NCBI RefSeq assembly: GCF_020745735.1
Contig: NW_026867492.1
Coordinates: forward strand, 124,001-188,000
Direction: 5' to 3'
Origin: Hemiscyllium ocellatum
Taxonomy: Eukaryota
DNA: 64,000 bases
Shown: positions 22,901 through 33,521 of the stretch, one piece after another
Layout: each line of letters opens with the position of its first letter
How positions within the stretch are numbered: the first letter of the stretch is position 1
Notes under the pieces: model-generated
The model's database searches: none
What the model was told of the DNA's origin: nothing
What the model saw: the letters and a program-made list of their open reading frames with translations, nothing else
Made by a program: the position numbers and the translations under genes

Positions 22901-24221
22901 GATGACCCAGGTAAGTATAGACCAGTGAGCCTTACTTCAGAAAGCTTTTGGAAAGGAATATTAGAGATAGGATTTATAATCATCTAGCAAGCAACAATTT
23001 GATTTCAGATAGTCAACATGGTTTCATCAAGGGCAGGTCATGACTCACAAACCCCTGAGTTTTTTGAGAAGGTGACCAAGCATGTAGATGAGGGTAGGGC
23101 AGTTGACGTGGTGTACATGGACCTCAGTAAAGCCTTTGATTAGGTTCCACATGGCAGGCTGTTGGAGAAAATGCAGAGGCATGGGATTGAGGGTGATTTA
23201 GCAGTTTAGATTACAAACTGGCTTTCTGAAAGAAGGCAGCGAGTGGTGGTTTATGGAAAATATTCAGCCTGGAGTCCGGTTACTAGTGGTGTGCCACAAG
23301 GATCTGTTTTGGGACTACTGCAGTTTGTCATTGTTATAAATGACTTAGACACAGGCATAGGTGGATGGATTAGTAAATTTGCAGACAACACTAAAGTCGG
23401 TGGAGTACTGGACAGTTTGGAAGAATGTTACAGGTTGCACGGGGACTTGGATAAACTGCAGAATTGGGCTGAGAGGTGGCAAATGGAGTTCAATGCAGCT
23501 AAATGTGAGGTGATTCATTTTGGGAAGAATAACAGGAAGGCAGTGATCGTGGAATCCACATACATAGATCCCTGAAAGTTGCCACTCAGGTGGATAGTGC
23601 TGTTAAGAAGGCATACGGTGTGTTAGGTTTCATTCGTAGAGGGATTGAGTTCCAGAACCGCAATATCATGCTGCAACTATACAAAACACTGGTGCAGCCA
23701 CCCTTGGAATATTGTGTATAGTTCTGGTCCCCATATTTCAGGAAGGATGTGGGAAGCATTGGAAAAAGTGCAGTGGAGATTTACCAGGTTGTTGCCTGGT
23801 CTGGAGGGAGGGTCTTATGAGGAAAGGCTGAGACACTTGGATCTGTTCTTATTGGAAAGAAGAAGGCTAAGGGGGGATTTGATAGAGACATAAAAAATGA
23901 TCAGAGGATTAGATAGGGTAGACAGAGAAAGACTTTTTCCTAGGATGCTGACGTTAGCTTGTATGAGAGGGCATGACTACAAATTGAGGGGTGATAGCTT
24001 TAAGACAGATGTCAGAGGCAAGTTCTTTACCCAGAGAGTGGTAAGGGCATGGAATGCCCTACCTGCTAAGGTAGTCAACTCAGCCACATTAGGGAGATTT
24101 AAACAATCCTTACATAAGTGCATGGATGATTTTGGGATAGTGTCAGGGAATGAGCTGAGAATAGTTCACAGGTCAGCGCAACATTGAGGGCCTGTTCTGC
24201 GCTGGATTGTTCTATGTTCTA
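19995..24221 (+). mobile_element. Near full-length CR1 LINE (ORF1 SGNH esterase-like + ORF2 APE endonuclease/RT), frameshifted
   Basis: ORF1 motifs GDSIVRG, CCLPGARV, HVGTN, VVISGLLP, DSLHLN. ORF2 motifs ILGDFNFPNIDW, LDLVLGN, GPDGI, ANVVPLFKKG, YRPVSLTS, SGVPQGSVLG, KFADNTK. Ends in a GTTCTATGTTCTA tail. Confidence 0.93.
20450..21000 (-). mobile_element. Solo LTR (551 bp) inserted in CR1 ORF1
   Basis: TG...CA termini (TGTGAGA/TCCCACA imperfect inverted repeat), GAAA TSD at 20446-20449 and 21001-21004, and minus-strand AATAAA at about 20514-20519. Removing it rejoins CR1 ORF1 (HVGTNYMGR|KRDRD). Confidence 0.85.
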
Positions 24222-24559
24222 AACTTAGTGCAGGAGGCTGAAAGAAATGAGTAGCTTTAAAACAAAAACTCTTGGAGCTCAAAGCTTTCAATGAGAGTCT
24301 GAGCCCGGTGGTAAGTTCAGGTAACATTTATTGCAACCCAACTTTGTTCCAGCTTCAGATCTGCCTCAGCAAAAAGTAGTTGCTTTTTGAACAGCTCAAG
24401 GTGAAAGTGCACACACCACACCTCCCCTGTGCGCCCCCCTCACTGTCTTTACTATTGGCCAGCACCAAGTTGTCCCTTTGTAATTGGATCCTTGGTACAG
24501 CCATAACCCGGAGGAAGTATTGCCTCACTCAGCAATTTCAACCCATACCCTGTCTCCAA

Positions 24560-24908
24560 GTAAGTTTCTCCCCACTCATTTGCCAGGAAGGGACACTGTA
24601 GAGTCAACCAGACTGCTGTGGGTCTGGAGTCACGTATAGCCCAGACCGGGTAAAGGATGCAGCTGGAACGACTGAGTGAATCCTCTCCCACAATGGCGGT
24701 TCCCTTCCCTAACAAGGGAGAGAGTGAATCAGATGGGGGCTTTCTCCCCTGCACCACCCCCTCCCTGAAACGGTCTCATCGTTAGATTCCGAACTCCACA
24801 TTTCTGACTGAATACCAATTCTGCCATCTGTCGTGGCGGGATTCGAACCCGGGAGTCCCTGGAACCGGGTTGATAGTCCAATCGATAATGGTACTCGGCC
24901 GTCACTCC
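24560..24908 (-). mobile_element. DeuSINE (SacSINE1-like) forming the proximal 3' UTR of ZNF-D
   Basis: Minus-strand tRNA-like head with perfect B box GGTTCGAATCC (24839-24849), followed by Deu-core-like GTGACTCCAGACCCACAGCAGTCTGGTTGACTCT. Confidence 0.65.
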
Positions 24909-24909
24909 T

Positions 24910-25542
24910 TCAATCCCCCTGCGATGGCACGTGAACTCGCTGGTGCCTCCGCAGTTGGGAGGAGTAGGTGAAGCCCTTCCTGCACTGAGAGCAGATGAAC
25001 AGCCTCTCCCTGGTGTGGATCCACTGGTGCCTCAGCAGGATGGAGGAATTGCGAAAGGCCTTCCCACACTCGGGGCAGCTGAAGGGCCTCTCCCCGGTGT
25101 GGATCCGCTGGTGGGCCAGCAGGTGGGAGGAATAGCTGAAGGCCTTCCTGCACTGAGAGCAGGTAAAGGGACTCTCCCCGGTGTGGATCCGGTGGTGCCT
25201 CATTAGGGAGGACATGTCGGTAAAGGCCTACCCGCACTCGTGGCAGCTGAAGGGCCTCTCCCCGGAGTGGACGTGCCGGTGGCTCTGCAGGTTGGGGGAA
25301 TACCTGAAGGCCTTCCCGCACTCGGGGCAGCTGAAGGGCTTTTCCCCCGTGTGGCCCTGCTGGTGGGCCAGCAAGTGGGAGGAATGTCTGAAGGCCTTCC
25401 CGCAGTTGGAGCAGGGGAATGGCCTCTCCCCGGTGTGAGTGCGCCGATGAGTCTCCAGGGCAGATGGGACACGGAAGCATTTTCCGCAGTGACCATACTT
25501 CCACGGTTTCTCCACAGGGTGGGATTCCTCAGGTTTCTCCAT
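24910..25542 (-). pseudogene. C2H2 zinc-finger gene ZNF-D, 7 fingers, with in-frame TAG in finger 4
   Basis: MEKPEESHPVEKPWKY... The TAG at 25228-25230 (CHECG*AF) replaces AAG. The same frame continues as ORF 24910-25215 to HVPSQGD-TGA. Finger 1 has C>Y. Confidence 0.87.
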
Positions 25543-26814
25543 GGCCACAGCTTCAGCTGCTCACAGACATGTGTAGAGCCCCTCCCTGCCATGAAATCCC
25601 CTTCCCAGGCCGTATAACTGTTTCAGGCTCCACACACACTGCGCTGCAACAGTGGGGTCTCTCGTCCAGTCCCACCTGATGCTGAAAACGTCCTCAAAAC
25701 AGGAACCAAAAAGCGTTGATCCCTCTCACAGAAATCACAGTCAAAAATTGTTGAGGTCTCGATGGATTGAGTGACTGTCAGACATTAACATCAAAGTGAG
25801 GACTGCCGACGCTGGAGAATCGGTCAAAAAATGTGGCACTGCAAAAGCACAGCAGGTCAGGCAGCATCCGAGGAGCAGGAAGAGTCAATGTTTTAGACAT
25901 AAGCCCTTCATCTGCTGATTTTGAAACTTCAGTCTTCAGATTTTCAAATACTCTGCAAAAAGAGATTTCAAAAGTCATCACTATCAGTACTGGGTAGAAA
26001 TTCAGAACAAGCAATTCTACTTTCTCTAGAATATTCTTTTGCTGTTCCACAAAATTGAAAGCACCATCCCACTCTCCCTTCCCCTCTGTTCTCACTCCGG
26101 TCTAACTAATTCCCCTGAAGGTGCTGATTCAGGATCTTACAGGGACAGAAAAATCAAAAACATCAAGACTGACATCTCTCTGAATTTTGGATAACTCCAC
26201 CTGAAAGTTAATATCTTTCACAACACTGGGATCCTGCTGAGAGTGAGCAGGTCTGATTTTGGGAAGCAAAAAAAAGTGTCAATTCAGGGTGAACCTGCAA
26301 TGCAGTTTCTTGAGGAAGGACCAGACACAAAATGGTTAACGACCCCAGGAAGGTGGGAGCAAAATGAGACATCAAGGCATTAACACCAACACACTTCAGT
26401 CAAACTCTTCTGCTCCCAGTCAGGAGAAAGGGAGGGCTTCAGGGCTCACGCCTGAAACGTCGATTCTCCTGCTCCTTAGATGCTGCCTGACCTCCTGCAC
26501 TTTTCCAGCAACACATTTTCAGCTGCTTCCAGTCAGGGCAAAACATGCTCTGAAAGTCCAGCCTTCACAATCACACTTCTGCTTTCACTGAAGACAATTA
26601 GAGTCACACAGCACAGAAACAGACCCTTTAGCTCAATCTGTCCGAGTTGACCAGATATCCTAAATTAATCTAGTCACGTTTGCCATCACTTGGCCCCTAT
26701 ATGGGCCGGGTGCTGGCAGCTGGGACTAAATTGGGTTGGCTATCATGTGCAATAGAGCTAAGGGAGAGCCTAATGGGAACAGAATTTTGAGGACCATTGT
26801 CTACCAGATGTACA

Positions 26815-27380
26815 GCACAGAATTCGTCCCTTCGGTCCAACTCATCCATGCCAATCAGATATCCTAAATCAATCTAGTCCCATTTGACAGCACATGGCCC
26901 ATATCCCTCTAAACCCTTTCTATTCATATACCCAGCGAGATGCCTTTTAAATGCTGTAATTGTACCAGCCTCCACCACTTCCTCTGGCAGCTCATTCCAT
27001 ACATACACCACCTTCTGAATATAAGAGTAGCCCCTTAGGGCCCTTTTAAATCTCCCCCAAGCCTAAACCTATTACCCTCTAGTTCTGGACTCCCCCATTC
27101 CAGGGAAATGCCTTGTCTATTTATCCTATCCATGCCACTCATGATTTTACAGTAATCTGTAGGGTCACCCCTCAGCCTCTGGTACTCAAGGGAAAACAGC
27201 TCCACCCTGTTCAGCTCAAACCCTGACAACATTCTTGCCAATCTTTTCTGAACCCTTTCAAGTTTCACAACATCCATGACATCCTTCCTACAGCAGAGAG
27301 ACCAGTACTGCACACAATATTCCAAATATGGCCTAATCAATGTCCTGGACAGCTACAACGTAATCTCCCAAATCCTGTAC
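26815..27380 (-). mobile_element. CR1 3' fragment in the ZNF-D intron
   Basis: ORF 27035-27340 IRPYLEYCVQYWS...KLERVQKRLARML. Homologous (inverted) to 53100-53650. Confidence 0.8.
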
Positions 27381-27629
27381 TAAGACGATTGGGAAAGTTT
27401 TCAAAACCCACAAACGACAACCGGGAAAACATTGAGGTATCAACACCGGGGTGGGGAGTGGAGAAGGGAAAGGAAGCCAAAAGTGCTGGAGGCAAGGCAG
27501 AGGAAGAACACAGGATGCACAGCCGGCTTGAAGCTGCACGTGCTGTTGCATTTACTTGTGGAAATCGGGTGCATTTTGAAAAGGAAAACAGGAAAGATAT
27601 CTCCTCCTCCCAATCTCTGTCCTCCTCAC

Positions 27630-27910
27630 CTGGTAATTAAGTCCTATATCTGAGTTGACAGAGTCTGCTCCCTCCCTGGATTCACTCCCGTTGCTACAAG
27701 TGAACAGATTTTCCCGCCCCAGGATTTGCGCAGACAGAGGGATTTTCATTCATTGTCACTTCCGCGTTTTGATGTCACGAAAGGAGCGGGTGGGCGTGGC
27801 CAAGCCGGGCACACGCACTGCGCCTGCGTTGTCCTGCACCGTTTGCTCATATCCATTCGCTTCAGAGAATCCCCACAGAGTGGGAGCAGGCCACTCGGCC
27901 CAACGAGTCC
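27630..27910 (-). promoter_or_regulatory. First exon/promoter of ZNF-D
   Basis: Minus-strand donor CCAG|GTGAG (intron starts 27629), GCGGAAGTGAC ETS-like motif at about 27756-27766, GC-box-like and NRF1-like (TGCGCCTGCG) motifs. Aligns with 18796-19110. Confidence 0.6.
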
Positions 27911-27999
27911 ACATTCTCTTTAAATCCTTCCTCGCTGATCTGTAATTCTCCATCGCCTCATCTGTACCATCTTGCCTCGTCAACACATAAGCCTCATGG

Positions 28000-28560
28000 A
28001 ACAGCATCATAGGACACAGAACTTATATCAAAAGATCAAGTGTCATGCAACTGATAGAATAAATCGAACAAACTCAGATAGTCTTCATCTCTTAGAATGG
28101 GTGCGGGCTTTGGTTCATTAATATGTAACAATGTTCTTGAGATGACTTAAGGTTTTGTAAAAAAAGATATCTCCGCTCAGACAATGCATTAAAGGTGTGA
28201 GATTTGAGTCTGTCAGTGTTCCAATCTTGAATCAGACTGGTTCTTTTTCCAAAGTCGGAATTTGTAGAATATTACATGCATTGATTGCCTCCAGATTGTG
28301 TGCTTTTTGAACAAAATTGAATGTATCTGCAAATATAATTCAGCCAACACAATTTCACCCCAAAGAGTACTGTGTGCATGAGAAAGTGAGTGTGCGTGCA
28401 TGTGAGTTTGTGTGTGAGAGTGCGCAGAAGCGTGTGTGAGCATGCTTGGGAAAGTGAGAGTGTGATGGAGTATGAGGCTGCGAATGTGAGAGAGTGTTGA
28501 GGGGTGTGTGTCTGTCTGAGATAGAGTATGTGTGTGAGAGAGACGCTTAATAAATGCAAG
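28000..28560 (-). mobile_element. Penelope-type 3' repeat with (GT/GA)-rich low-complexity tract
   Basis: Reverse homolog of 14863-15630. The TG/AG dinucleotide-rich tract spans 28370-28545. Confidence 0.6.
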
Positions 28561-28619
28561 GGGTTGTACAGATAATGGTTGGGCCATGAGTCGTGTTGTA
28601 GAACAGACAGACATGGTTG

Positions 28620-29590
28620 AGGGGCGTGGGGGTTCAGGTACCTAGATCTTTGGAAGTTGCATCACTGCTAGACAGGATGGTTTTCAGACAGCATCTCGCA
28701 ACATTGCCTTCACTGTTCACACCATTGAGTATAGGGGTTGGGACATCATGTTGAGGTTGTACAGGATGTTGGTGAGGCCACTTTCAGAGTACTGAGTACA
28801 GTTCCGGTGGCCCTGTAATAGGAAGAATACTATTAGTGAGGGTTTAATAAAGATTTACCAGGATCTAATGAGGACTGGAGGGTTTGAGTTATAAGGAGAG
28901 GCTGGGACTTTATTCACTGGAGCACAGGAGGTTGGGGAGGTGGTGACCTCATTGAGATTGATAAAATCATGAATGGAGGTAAGGTGAATAGCAAATGGCT
29001 CTTGCTTCGCGGCGGGGTGTTCAAAACTCGGGGGTCATTTTTTTTTAAATGTGAGGAGAGAGATTTAAAAGAAACCGGAGGGGCAACATTTTGAAAAATG
29101 GTGATTTGCACGTGGAATTAACTTACTGAGGATGTGGTAGTTGCAGGTACAGTTACAATATTGTGGTAGATGCAGGTACAGTTACAACGTTGAAACAGCA
29201 TTTGGATGGGTAGATGAATAGAAAGGTTTAGAAGGAAATGGGCCAAATGCAGGCAAGTGGGACTGGTTTAGTTTGGAATCCTGGTGGGCATGGACGAATT
29301 GGACCGAAGTGTCTGTTTCTGTGCTGTATACCTCTATTGAAACCAGTCAATGTCTGAAAGGGACTTGACAGGATAGATGCAGATAAAATGCCTCTTTGTG
29401 GGGAGTGTCTCGAATTCCGACAATGTGGAAGCAGGCCATTCAGCCCATCTATTTCACTCTGGCCCTCTGAGCAGTATCCCACCCATACCCAACCCTTACT
29501 CCGTATTTCCCATGGGCAATCCACCCCAACCTGTACATCCCTGGTCACTATGGGTAACTTAGCACGGCCAATCATCCCTAACCTACACTC
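28620..29590. mobile_element. Degraded CR1 (plus) followed by V-SINE 3' part (minus)
   Basis: LYRMLVRPLSEY...SYKERL remnants with a CR1 tail at about 29330. SINE tail-like sequence spans 29420-29590. Confidence 0.7.
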
Positions 29591-29869
29591 TAATCTGTAA
29601 ATTACCTCCTGAAGAATGTAATTTAAGTGCAGAGCTTTTCTAAGAAAATTGTCAGTTTGACTCAACATTGGGACACAGACAGAATTCACACCTATTGTCT
29701 CTGCTTATAAACAGGGCAACGTCTCTTCGAAATGTAGATTCATTTAGATATAACTGCGTCACTTTACATATTAAGACATCCCTTTGAATGTGCCACATCC
29801 CTTTGAAATGTAATCTCGTCCATTTACATCTCTGTATTTGCGGAAATACCCTTTAAAATGTCCTCGAAA

Positions 29870-30072
29870 CGTGGCAGTGTCCCCCCTGCAGCTGCAGAGC
29901 GAGACAGGAGAGTTTGTTTTTGTGAATGAGCAGTTGTAGCGCGAGGTGGCTGTTGCTTGGTGACGGTGAGGCTCCCCGGCCCCGCCCATTCCCCCCGTGC
30001 AGACGTCACGCGGGGGTGAAGGCGGTTGGGAGGAGAAGTCGCTCGAGCGGGGAAGCGGCGGCCGTTAGGAAA
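29870..30072 (+). promoter_or_regulatory. CpG-island promoter upstream of the QSOX-like exon
   Basis: CCCGCCC GC box, CRE-like AGACGTCA (30001-30008), YY1-like AAAATGGCGCC (30070-30080), and very high CpG content. Confidence 0.65.
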
Positions 30073-30324
30073 ATGGCGCCGTGCGGCCCGGGGCAGACCC
30101 CCGTCACTGGTCACCGCCGCCTTCGTGGTGCAGCTGCTGTGTCACGGCCACACCGGCCGGCTGTACAGCAGGCAGGAGCCGGTGACCATTCTGGAGGCGG
30201 ATGGGGTTAAGGGCCTGTTTGGGAACTGGTCGGCCGCCTGGGTGGTGCAGTTCTACTGGTCGTGGGGCGGCCCCTGTGTCAACTATGGGGCCACCTGGAA
30301 GGTACTGGGCCCGGGAGGTGAAAG
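30073..30324 (+). pseudogene. QSOX1: Decayed exon 1 of quiescin sulfhydryl oxidase (QSOX, most like QSOX1): signal peptide plus start of the first thioredoxin domain
   Basis: Frame of ORF 30026-30328 reads ...LVTAAFVVQLL...RLYSRQEPVTILEADGVKGLFGNWSAAWVVQFYWSWGGPCVNYGATWKVL. This matches the QSOX N-terminus as recalled (LYSPSDPLTLLQAD...AWAVEFFASWCGHC..FAPTWKALA.DVK). After a +1 shift it reads AREVK, then a phase-1 donor AAAG|GTGAGG. The ATG is out of frame and WCGHC has become WGGPC. QSOX1 vs QSOX2 is not certain. Confidence 0.8.
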
Positions 30325-30629
30325 GTGAGGCAGGTTGTGGGGGGGACGGAGGGGAAGGAATGTGGGGCCTGTCCTGTCATAGTCACATTTTACACTCACT
30401 TTCCATCTGCTTTTACGGGCGCTTGTGCTGTTTACCCCTCACTGTTACTTGTGCAATTCCTTAGACTAGTGTGTAAATACTAGTGGAGCAGATTATGCAC
30501 CAGCATCTGTTTCTCCGTCATTGAAGGGATAGGATCTGTGGAGAATGGTTAGTAAAGCATGTGGCGAGCTAAGCCTTGTTAACATGGATATTGTTTGTTG
30601 TTTTTCAAATTATACTTTATTATTTAGAC

Positions 30630-30950
30630 TCGTCAGAATTGTACAGCATGGAAACAGACACCTTTGGTCCAACCCGTCCATGCTGACCAGATATCCTAAA
30701 TTAATCTCTTCCCATTTGCCAGCACTTGGCTCATATGCCTCTAAATCCTTCCCATTCATCTACACACCCAGATCCTTTTAAGTGCTGTAATTGTACCACC
30801 CTCCACCACTTCCTCTGGCAGCTCATTCCATACACACACCATCCCACCCTCTGCATGGAAAAGTTGCCCCTTAGGTACCTTTTATATCTTTCTGCTCTCA
30901 CCCTACACCTATGCTCTCTAGTTCTGAACTTCACCCCTACACTGGGGAAA
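30630..30950 (-). mobile_element. CR1 3' end
   Basis: ORF 30731-30934 FRTREHRCRVRAERYKRYLRGNF, with a CR1 tail. Confidence 0.8.
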
Positions 30951-31369
30951 AGTCAAAAAAGTTGAGCAGCCAGACAAGATGCAAAAACAATAAAATCTTG
31001 TGCCGTATGGGGAAAACAATTGTGGCTCTACTCTTTTTTTTCTCCTATTGGCATTTGGACACTTAAAATCTGTCGATAATACCAGCAGCGCCACTGAGCA
31101 TATTGTGTGCGCTCCTGTGTCAAGAAGCACGGCGCATGTTCACCAGTGTCACCAAAACATTGCGTGTGTTCCTCACTGTTGGCAGAAAAGATGTGAGTCT
31201 TTCTTTTGATTGACCAAGAGTACGACACTCTCATTTCTCATCCTCTTTTCCATTTATTTTTCATTGAGATGTTCAATTGTTGACTTTCTGCAACTGAAAG
31301 GAAAGGGAGTGAATCCAGGGAGTGAACAGACTTGGGAAAATTTGGGCCAGGTCTGTGACTCAATTGGCA

Positions 31370-32112
31370 AAATAGACAGGCAGGAGGCTGGAAGAACGCA
31401 GCAAGCCAGGGAGTGTCAGGAGGTCAAGTCAATGTTTTGGGGGTCACCCTTGTTCAGGACTGGGGATGGGTGTAGGGAGAGCTGCAGAACAAGGATGTGC
31501 TGGGGGTAGGGTGGTGAATTGGAAATAGGTAGAGGGTACAACCTGGTTGGTCACTGGGAGGAAGGAATCTGGTTGGTCGTGGCGGGGATGGACTGGGAAG
31601 GGATTCAAGGGGTGGCGAGGGAGGTTATTTGAAATTGGTGAACTCAATGTTGAGTCCTCCAAGCTGTAGGCCGCCAAGGTGGAAGATGTGCTGTTCCTCT
31701 AATTTGCGGTTTGGTTCGTTGTGGCAATGGAGGAGGCCAAAGATGGTCATGTCAGAAATGGAGTGGAAAGGGGAATTAAAATGGGTGGTGACTGAGAGGG
31801 CTGGTCAGCCTCTGTGGCCCTGGCTGCAGACTGTTCCCCAAGTTTATGCTCAGTTTCCCCAGTGTAGAGAAGACCACAAATGGCAAACACATGGCCAATG
31901 TGAAGTTAGAGCTTTTGCTATGTTAAAAAAAAACAGAAAGGATGTGCATTGTTTGAATGTTGATGTACTTTTTTGGGTTATGGAGAAAGTGAGAACAGCA
32001 GATGCTGGAGATCAGAGTCGAAAAGTGTGGTGCTGGAAAAGCACAGCAGGTCAAATAGCATTCCAGGAGCAGGAGAGTTGACATTTCAGGCATGAGCCCT
32101 TCATCAGGAATG
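31370..32112 (-). mobile_element. Penelope-like element 3' fragment plus terminal repeat with hammerhead-like motif
   Basis: Reverse homolog of 46280-46740 (GLLHCHNEPNRKLEEQHIFHLG). The repeat at 31985-32112 reads CTGATGA-A-GGGC-TCAT-GCCT-GAAA-TGTC on the minus strand. Confidence 0.7.
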
Positions 32113-32114
32113 AT

Positions 32115-33521
32115 GTGTGGATGTACAAAGGGGCCTCAGCATCCTTCTATACCAGTCAATGCCATTTGTCAGGTGCAGCGAGCAATGAGCAAAGCAAGTG
32201 GTATATTAGCAAGAGGAATTGAGTTCAGAAGTGGGGATTTCTTCCTGCAGTTAAGGGGTCATTGAATATGTTCAAGGATGAGTTCAGGTGATTTTTGAAC
32301 AACAAAGAAGTGGATGTTTATGGGGGGGAAGGTGAGAAAATGTCTGGATATTCATTCCACGCACAAACCACTCTCTTTTTAAAAAAAATGTTGCCCCTCA
32401 AGTCTTTTTAAAATCTTTCTCCTCTTACCTTCAAAATTTGCTGCCTAATCTTAAAACCCCCACCCTATCTGACAATGAGGGCAATGACACCTGCGATTCA
32501 TCTCATCTATCCCCCTCATGATTTTATACAACCTATATAGGGTTACCTCTCAACCTCCTGTGCTCCAGTGAGAAAAGTCACAGTCTATCTACAAGATGTA
32601 GGTAGATTAATATCCAGTTATGATGTGTTCAATGCTGGTGCAGGCTCAAGACCAAATGGTCTACTCCTGCTCCCAATTCTGACACCCTGTGCCCAGGACA
32701 GCAAAAGACCATCAGACATAGGTGCAGAAATTAGGCCGTTCAGCCCATCAGGTCTGTTCATACCACACAATCGTGGCTGATAAGTTTCTCAATCCCATTC
32801 TTTCACTTTCTCATTGTAACCCTCGATCCCCTTGATACTCAAGAACCTATCTACCTCAGTCTTAAATATCCTCAGTGACCTGGCCTCCATAGTTGTCTAT
32901 GGCAATGAATTCCATTGATTCACCACTGTCTGGCTGAAGACATTTCTCCTTCTCTCTGTTCTAAAAGGTCTTCCCTTTACTGTAAGGCTGTGCCCTCAGC
33001 TCCTTGTCTCTCCTACCAATGGAAATATTTTCTCAATGTCCACTCGTCCTGGCTGGTCAGTATTTTGACCCTTCAGAATGAGGTACAGCAGGGATTTGGT
33101 TCAGCAAAGTGAAAACAGAGAGGGGAGTGTGTGGTATGAAGATTTTCAGCTTCTAGGGAATAAGAGAGCAAAGAGAGTTTGCTATAAATTAGAATTTTTG
33201 GGATGGGCAATAGGCTGAGGAGTGTCAGATAGAGTTTAATTGAGAGAAATGAGATATTGCATTTTGGTTCAGCAATCCAGGCAGGACTGACAGTTAAGGG
33301 GAGTGTTGCTGAACAGAGATCTTGGAGTCACAGGTAGATAGACTAGTGAAGGTGGTGTTTGGTATGATTTCCTTTATTGGTCAGAGCATTGAATAAAGGA
33401 GTTGAGAGGTCATATTGTGGCTGTATGTTGGTTAGGGCATTTTTGGAATACTACGTTAAGTTTTGCTCCCCCTGATATAGGAAAGAACTGATGAAAGTTT
33501 GAAAGGGGTCATGAGAACATT
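32115..33521. mobile_element. Mosaic of short CR1 fragments in both orientations
   Basis: Multiple CR1 ORF2/3'UTR remnants, e.g. 32715-33065 (minus) and 33200-33520 (plus). Confidence 0.65.

Noticed and set aside
24822-24908. Functional tRNA-Ser gene
   Set aside because: The D-arm/A box and acceptor stem are degenerate and it continues into a SINE body, so it is treated as a SINE head.
28213-28614. His/Thr-rich ORFs
   Set aside because: These are translations of a (CA/TG)-rich low-complexity tract.
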